Source: an uncultured Arcobacteraceae bacterium (lineage in GTDB: Bacteria > Campylobacterota > Campylobacteria > Campylobacterales > Arcobacteraceae). Taken from it: a stretch of 64,000 nt of DNA. The translations under genes and the position numbers were made by a program. A model generated the notes under the pieces. The model was given only the letters and a program-made list of their open reading frames with translations, made no database searches and was not told the origin of the DNA. Of the stretch, positions 59,005-64,000 are shown in pieces (the stretch's first letter is position 1; each line of letters opens with the position of its first letter). The stretch is taken from the NCBI GenBank assembly GCA_964022095.1, contig CAXHZO010000003.1, forward strand, positions 160,001 through 224,000. The letters run 5' to 3'.

Positions 59005-59436
59005 CTACTCTTGCGTGTTCATCATCCAGATACTGAATATATCTAGATAATTCCAAAAAGAGCTTTTTAAATCTTCTGGCATATCTAATTGACTTAAAAC
59101 TATAGCGTACGATTCTAACCATATTTGTCTAGCTTTTGGAGTAATACTAAATGGCTGATGTCTAGCAGCCATCATTGGCGCACCTCTATTTTTATTAAAG
59201 TAATCGGGACCTCCACAAATTTGTATAAAAAAGTCTGCTGAATGTTGCTTTGCTAGTGCAAAACCTTCATCAGTAGGTGGGAATAATCCTTTGATATCAC
59301 TTTGTCTTAATAAATCATAGTGATCAGATACCACTTTTCTCATCCCTTCTTCACCTAAGAATTCTAAAACCTTATGGTCAGGCTTAACTACAGGTGGTCT
59401 AGTTCCAACTTGTGCTGGAGTAATATTAAATTGCAT
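59005..59436 (-). CDS. Truncated (2/2) globin
   Basis: LGEEGMRKVVSDHY, DFFIQICGGP and MAARHQPFSIT..R..WL motifs. Confidence 0.85.
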   Translation of the reverse strand: MQFNITPAQVGTRPPVVKPDHKVLEFLGEEGMRKVVSDHYDLLRQSDIKGLFPPTDEGFALAKQHSADFFIQICGGPDYFNKNRGAPMMAARHQPFSITPKARQIWLESYAIVLSQLDMPEDLKSSFWNYLDIFSIWMMNTQE

Positions 59437-59572
59437 TTTATTAACCTTTAAAATATATTCGAATTTTGCAAAACTGCAACACTATATTACAATATATTTG
59501 TTTTTAAACACTTTTTATAATATATGAAAAGTTTACTATGCTAAAATAATGTATTAAAGGACTAGTAAATTA

Positions 59573-60172
59573 ATGAATATTGATACACAAAATATAATTG
59601 AGTGTAAAAGTTGTGGTTTGTTTGTTGACAAACAAAAAGCTTCAAAATTATATCTCTTAAAATGTCCAAGATGCAATACAAAATTAAAAGCATATATTGA
59701 TCATAGTTATGACTCTTTATATTATGCTATATCTGCATTGATGCTTTTTATTTTGATGAATGTTTATCCTTTAATAAAACTATCTATAAATGGAAAAGAT
59801 TTAGAAGCAACTTTATATGATACGGTTTTTATTTTACTTGAACAAAATCTTTTTTTCGTAGCTCTTATAGTTTTTCTAACTATTATTGTAGCACCAGTTT
59901 TTAATTCACTTATAATAATAATCTCTTTTATTCAAAAAAATACAAATATAAAACTATTTACAAATACTTTTTTACACGATAGTTTTCACTTTACAAAAAC
60001 TTGGGGTTTTATTGAGGTTTTTGCAATTAGTATTATTGTTACATATATAAAACTTGTTGGGATGATATCTTCAACTAGATTTGATTTTGGATTTTATATT
60101 TTACTTTTTTATATATTTTGTTTTTTTATGTCAAATAGAAAATTTGAGGGTAAAAGTGTTTTTGGAGAATAG
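59573..60172 (+). CDS. PqiA/LetA-family protein, first half
   Basis: CxxC...CPRC zinc ribbon plus TMs; WGFIEVF motif. Confidence 0.85.
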   Translation: MNIDTQNIIECKSCGLFVDKQKASKLYLLKCPRCNTKLKAYIDHSYDSLYYAISALMLFILMNVYPLIKLSINGKDLEATLYDTVFILLEQNLFFVALIVFLTIIVAPVFNSLIIIISFIQKNTNIKLFTNTFLHDSFHFTKTWGFIEVFAISIIVTYIKLVGMISSTRFDFGFYILLFYIFCFFMSNRKFEGKSVFGE

Positions 60173-60760
60173 ATGGTTTTAATATCTTGTAAAAACTGCC
60201 GTAAAGTTTATGAAAAACCAAATTATGATGAGTTTATTTGTACTCGATGCAAACATAAAGTACAAAGAAGAACCAAGTACTCTTTACAAATATCATTAGC
60301 TTTAGTTTTAAGTGCATTGCTGTTGTATATCCCAGCAATGGTTTATCCAATTATGGAAGTAACAAAATTTGGTGTAAGTATAGAAAGTACAATCTTAGAA
60401 GGGGTTATTAGTTTTTTAGAGTATGAAAACTATTTTATTGCAATTGTAGTATTTACAGCAAGTGTTATAATACCAATGATTAAGTTAATTGGGCTATTGT
60501 TTATTTTTGTATCTTTAAAAATAAATATGAGATTATCAAACAAGGTTAAAAATGTAATGTTTCATTTTATTGAAGCAATTGGAAAATGGTCAATGATAGA
60601 TATTTATGTAGTTGCAATATTAGCATCTGTTGTGCAACTAGATGAATTTTTTAATATCAAAGGAGGTTTAGCTGCAACCTCTTTTGCACTTATGGTAATA
60701 GTTACTATGATAGCAGCACATATATTTGATACGAGGATAATTTGGGATGAAAGAAAATAA
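60173..60760 (+). CDS. PqiA/LetA-family protein, second half
   Basis: CKNC...CTRC, LYIPA, STILEGV and IGKWSMIDIYVV motifs. Confidence 0.88.
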   Translation: MVLISCKNCRKVYEKPNYDEFICTRCKHKVQRRTKYSLQISLALVLSALLLYIPAMVYPIMEVTKFGVSIESTILEGVISFLEYENYFIAIVVFTASVIIPMIKLIGLLFIFVSLKINMRLSNKVKNVMFHFIEAIGKWSMIDIYVVAILASVVQLDEFFNIKGGLAATSFALMVIVTMIAAHIFDTRIIWDERK

Positions 60761-63386
60761 TGAAAGTGTAGTTTTTAAACCAAAGGTTGAAGAAAGAAAG
60801 GTCTCATTTGCTTGGGTGATTCCTATTATTATTCTTTGTATATTAGCCTGGATTGCCTATGATACTTATACTAAAAAAGGTACAAATATTATAGTTACAT
60901 TTAAAAGTGCAGAAGGTTTAAAAGAAGGTGTTACTCCTCTTGAGTACAAAGGCTTGCAACTTGGAAAAGTTACAAAAATTACCATGGATGATGATTTAAA
61001 AAATGTTAATGTTCGAGTATTAGTAAAAAGTGATGTTGCAAAATATGTAGCAAGTGAGAGCTCTAGATTTTGGATAAAAAAACCAACAGTTTCCTTAACA
61101 AAAATCTCAGGACTTAATACTTTAATTAGTGGATATAAAATTGAGCTTTCACCAAAATTTAGAACTCAACAAGAGTATAATAATGGAAAAGAACAATTGT
61201 CTTTTATAGGATTAGATAGCCAGCCTGATGATGAACTTTCAGCTCAAGGTTATTATATAACTTTGACTTCAAATGATAAGGATAATGTAGAAGTTGGAAC
61301 TCCTATATTTTATAATAAATTTCAAATTGGAGAAGTTGTATCGAAAGATTTTAAATTTGAAAAGGTCTATTTAAATATTTACATATATGATAAATTCAAC
61401 TATTTAGTAAATAAAAGTTCAAAGTTTGTATTAAATGAGGCACTAAAAGTAAATTATGGACCAAGTGGACTAGAAATAAAAGTAGGGTCTTTATATTCAG
61501 CTTTAGTTGGTGGAATTACAGTAATTACACCAAATAAAGAGGAAGATAAGATTTCAAAAAATGAAGAGCTTATTCTTTATGCTGATGAGAAATCAATGCA
61601 AAAAAAACACTATTTTGATATTGCATTTAAAAAACTTGATGGAATAGGTGAAGACACTCCTATTTTATATAAAGGAATAGAGATTGGTAAAATCTCAGAA
61701 ATAAAACTTGAAAAAGATGTTTTAGTTAAGGCATATTTATATGAAAAATATAAATACCTACTTACAAATAAGACAAAATTTTTTATTGAAAAACCAGAGA
61801 TATCTTTAAGTGGAGTAGATAATTTAGGAAATATAGTAAAAGGAAATTATCTAAGTTTAAAATATGAAAAAGGTGAGTACTCAAATAGTTTTGCAGCAAT
61901 TGAAAAAGATAAGTTAGAACATAAAGATGATGACGTAATAATCAATCTTTATACTCAAGATTTAAACTCAATTTCAAAGAATTCAAAAGTATATTATAGA
62001 AATATTGAAGTTGGAAAAGTTATTGATTATTCTCTTACAAGTACACTTAAAAAAGTAAAAATAAAAGTAGCAGTCAGCAATAAATATGCCCATGTACTAA
62101 ATGACCATATTTTATTTTATGATATGAGTTCAAAGTTAGTTGATTTAAAAGCACTTGATTTAAATATAAACTATAGTGGAATAGAACCACTTTTAAATGG
62201 TGCTATTGGTATAGTTGGTGAAAAAAGAAAAAGTAAATTAAAGAAAAAAGAGTTTAAACTTTATAGCTCTTATAAAGATGTTAAGAAACTCAAAAGAGTT
62301 TATAATAGTGGATTTGTAATTAGTGCATATTATAATAATGATTTTGAGATAAAACCAAATATGGCAATTATTTATAAAAACCAAGAGATAGGTTTTGTAA
62401 AAGATATTAAGTTTAATGATGAAAAATCAAAGGTAGATTTATTTATTTATAACTCATTTAAAAAATATATAAATAAGCAGTCAAGATTTTATAAAAAAGG
62501 TATTGTAAATCTAAAGGCTAGTTTAAATGGTATTTTATTTGAAGTTGACAATTTTACATCACTTTTAGAAGGTTCAATTCATCTTGATACAAACTCAAAT
62601 ATGATTTATAATAACTACCAAATATTTTCAAGTATTGATGATATGCAAAACTCATCAAATAGTATTAGTATAATATTTGATGATGTAGAAGGTGTTAAAA
62701 AAGATTTCTCGCAGCTTACTTATAAAGGTGTTGATATAGGAAAAGTTACAGATGTCTCTTTAACTGCAAACCACAAAGTAAAAGTAAAAGCTTTGATTTA
62801 TAGTGATTATGATTCTTTTGCAAAAGAAGGAACAAAATTCTTTTTAAAAAAACCTAGAATATCTTTTCAAGAAATAGCAAATGCAGGCTCAACAATTATG
62901 GCTGTAAATATTGGAGTTATAAAAGGATATGGTAAACACAAATCAAACTTCAAAGGCTTTGACTCTCAACCTTCAATTTCAAAATCACACTTTGGAACTA
63001 TATTTAAAGTATATGATTCAACAGCTTCAAGCGTGAATGTTGATGCTCCTGTTTATTATAAAAATGTTCAAATAGGAAAAGTTTTAAAAGTTGATTTAAC
63101 AAATGATGCTTCAAATGTAGTTCTAGATTGTCTTATTTTTGATAAATATACTAAGTTTATAAGAAAAAATTCACAGTTTTATGACATTAGTGGATTTGAA
63201 ATGAAGTTCTCAATTTTTAGTGATACAAAAGTTGAATCAAATACTTTTACAAGTTTGTTAAAAGGTGGTTTAGTTGTAGTAACTCCTTATGAGTATAATC
63301 AAAAAGCAACACCAAAAGATAGCTTTAATTTACACAAAACTTTAAGGGAGGATTGGAAAAGCATCAGTCCAAGTATTAAAAACTAA
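60747..63386 (+). CDS. Multi-MCE (MlaD) domain lipid-transport protein, LetB/YebT-like with 7 MCE domains
   Basis: N-terminal TM; seven ..Y.(G/N)..(I/V/L)G.(V/I) repeats counted; 879 aa. Confidence 0.88.
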   Translation: MKENNESVVFKPKVEERKVSFAWVIPIIILCILAWIAYDTYTKKGTNIIVTFKSAEGLKEGVTPLEYKGLQLGKVTKITMDDDLKNVNVRVLVKSDVAKYVASESSRFWIKKPTVSLTKISGLNTLISGYKIELSPKFRTQQEYNNGKEQLSFIGLDSQPDDELSAQGYYITLTSNDKDNVEVGTPIFYNKFQIGEVVSKDFKFEKVYLNIYIYDKFNYLVNKSSKFVLNEALKVNYGPSGLEIKVGSLYSALVGGITVITPNKEEDKISKNEELILYADEKSMQKKHYFDIAFKKLDGIGEDTPILYKGIEIGKISEIKLEKDVLVKAYLYEKYKYLLTNKTKFFIEKPEISLSGVDNLGNIVKGNYLSLKYEKGEYSNSFAAIEKDKLEHKDDDVIINLYTQDLNSISKNSKVYYRNIEVGKVIDYSLTSTLKKVKIKVAVSNKYAHVLNDHILFYDMSSKLVDLKALDLNINYSGIEPLLNGAIGIVGEKRKSKLKKKEFKLYSSYKDVKKLKRVYNSGFVISAYYNNDFEIKPNMAIIYKNQEIGFVKDIKFNDEKSKVDLFIYNSFKKYINKQSRFYKKGIVNLKASLNGILFEVDNFTSLLEGSIHLDTNSNMIYNNYQIFSSIDDMQNSSNSISIIFDDVEGVKKDFSQLTYKGVDIGKVTDVSLTANHKVKVKALIYSDYDSFAKEGTKFFLKKPRISFQEIANAGSTIMAVNIGVIKGYGKHKSNFKGFDSQPSISKSHFGTIFKVYDSTASSVNVDAPVYYKNVQIGKVLKVDLTNDASNVVLDCLIFDKYTKFIRKNSQFYDISGFEMKFSIFSDTKVESNTFTSLLKGGLVVVTPYEYNQKATPKDSFNLHKTLREDWKSISPSIKN

Positions 63387-63445
63387 ATTAAAAGATTGAA
63401 TATATTTTATACAGCATAAGTGTTTAAATAAATTTTTAATTCTTT

Positions 63446-63451
63446 TATAAT
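63446..63451 (+). promoter_or_regulatory. -10 element TATAAT for the riboswitch leader
   Basis: Consensus hexamer about 55 nt before the aptamer; implies a transcription start near 63458. Confidence 0.45.
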
Positions 63452-63505
63452 AAATTTAACAAAACATGTTTAGAGGCTATTAAACCTCTGAAAGATAAAA
63501 CAAAA

Positions 63506-63600
63506 ATGGTTACTAGGGTTCCGATCACATATGATGGCTGGTCCGAGAGTAACCGACTCTTAAATAGAGTTACACGGAGGGACAAAAGCCCGGGAGGTTA
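63506..63600 (+). ncRNA. Guanidine-I (ykkC-yxkD) riboswitch
   Basis: CTAGGGTTCCG...CTGGTCCGAGAG (P1: GGTTACT/AGTAACC); P2 ACTCT/AGAGT; ACACGGAGGGACAAAAGCCCGGGAG (P3). All hallmark segments are present. Confidence 0.95.
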
Positions 63601-63640
63601 ATACCTCTTAACGTGTTTTAATATCTATTTAGGAGCAAAA

Positions 63641-64000
63641 ATGAAATCTTCATTAACGAAAATCATTAAATTACTGACATTGTCTGTTCTATTTTTAGGA
63701 CTATCTACTACTTCTTTATTTGCCGAAACAAAAAAAGACTTTAAAGTTGCATGGAGTATCTATGTAGGATGGATGCCTTGGGATGTTATGGAATCACAAA
63801 AAATCATGGATAAATGGGCAGATAAATATGGAATCAACATAGAAATCGTTCAAATAAATGATTATATTGAATCAATTAATCAATATAGTGCAGGTGAATT
63901 TGATGGCTGTACTATGGCTAATACTGATGCATTAGGGATTCCTGCTGCTGGTGGAGTTGATTCTACATCATTAATTATTGGTGATTTTTCAAATGGTAAT
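63641..64000 (+). CDS. ABC substrate-binding protein of the 'urea carboxylase-associated' type, probably for guanidine uptake; partial
   Basis: Not in ORF track. AGGAG RBS; MKSSLTKIIK...FKVAWSIYVGWMPW...KWADKYGI...QINDYIESINQY...DAL.IPAAGGVDST...GDFSNGN runs off the edge. Confidence 0.9.
   Translation, partial: MKSSLTKIIKLLTLSVLFLGLSTTSLFAETKKDFKVAWSIYVGWMPWDVMESQKIMDKWADKYGINIEIVQINDYIESINQYSAGEFDGCTMANTDALGIPAAGGVDSTSLIIGDFSNGN

Overview
AT-rich bacterial chromosome segment. Gene content and protein style point to Campylobacterota, most likely Arcobacteraceae (inference; no search was run). It holds about 50 CDS. Signalling: four complete sensor kinases (one PBPb-type, two PAS-type, one with a minimal sensor loop) plus one partial sensor at the left edge, and three OmpR-type regulators. 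Transport and metabolism: a TAXI-TRAP/LUD operon, a dihaem peroxidase gene abutting a kinase gene, an amino-acid symporter, aspA-asparaginase, ferritin, PpaC and a large NAD-GDH. Envelope: a 3927-aa multi-domain adhesin and a split LetA with a 7-MCE LetB. At the right edge a guanidine-I riboswitch precedes an ABC substrate-binding gene. Highlights: (1) a ~9.2-kb block (SDR, TetR, RND efflux, DAACS) sits in the middle of an ectoine-catabolic operon and breaks four genes at two junctions, with no visible mobile-element hallmarks; (2) the riboswitch aptamer is enclosed by a ~27-nt long-range inverted repeat starting near the predicted transcription start; (3) 11-bp-period promoter boxes with the same spacing to -10 predict regulons for two two-component systems; (4) the adhesin carries a duplicated phage-tail-like module plus ILEI/GG-lectin-like and pentraxin-like domains. 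No rRNA, tRNA, CRISPR array or transposase was seen. All family calls come from motif recognition by eye.
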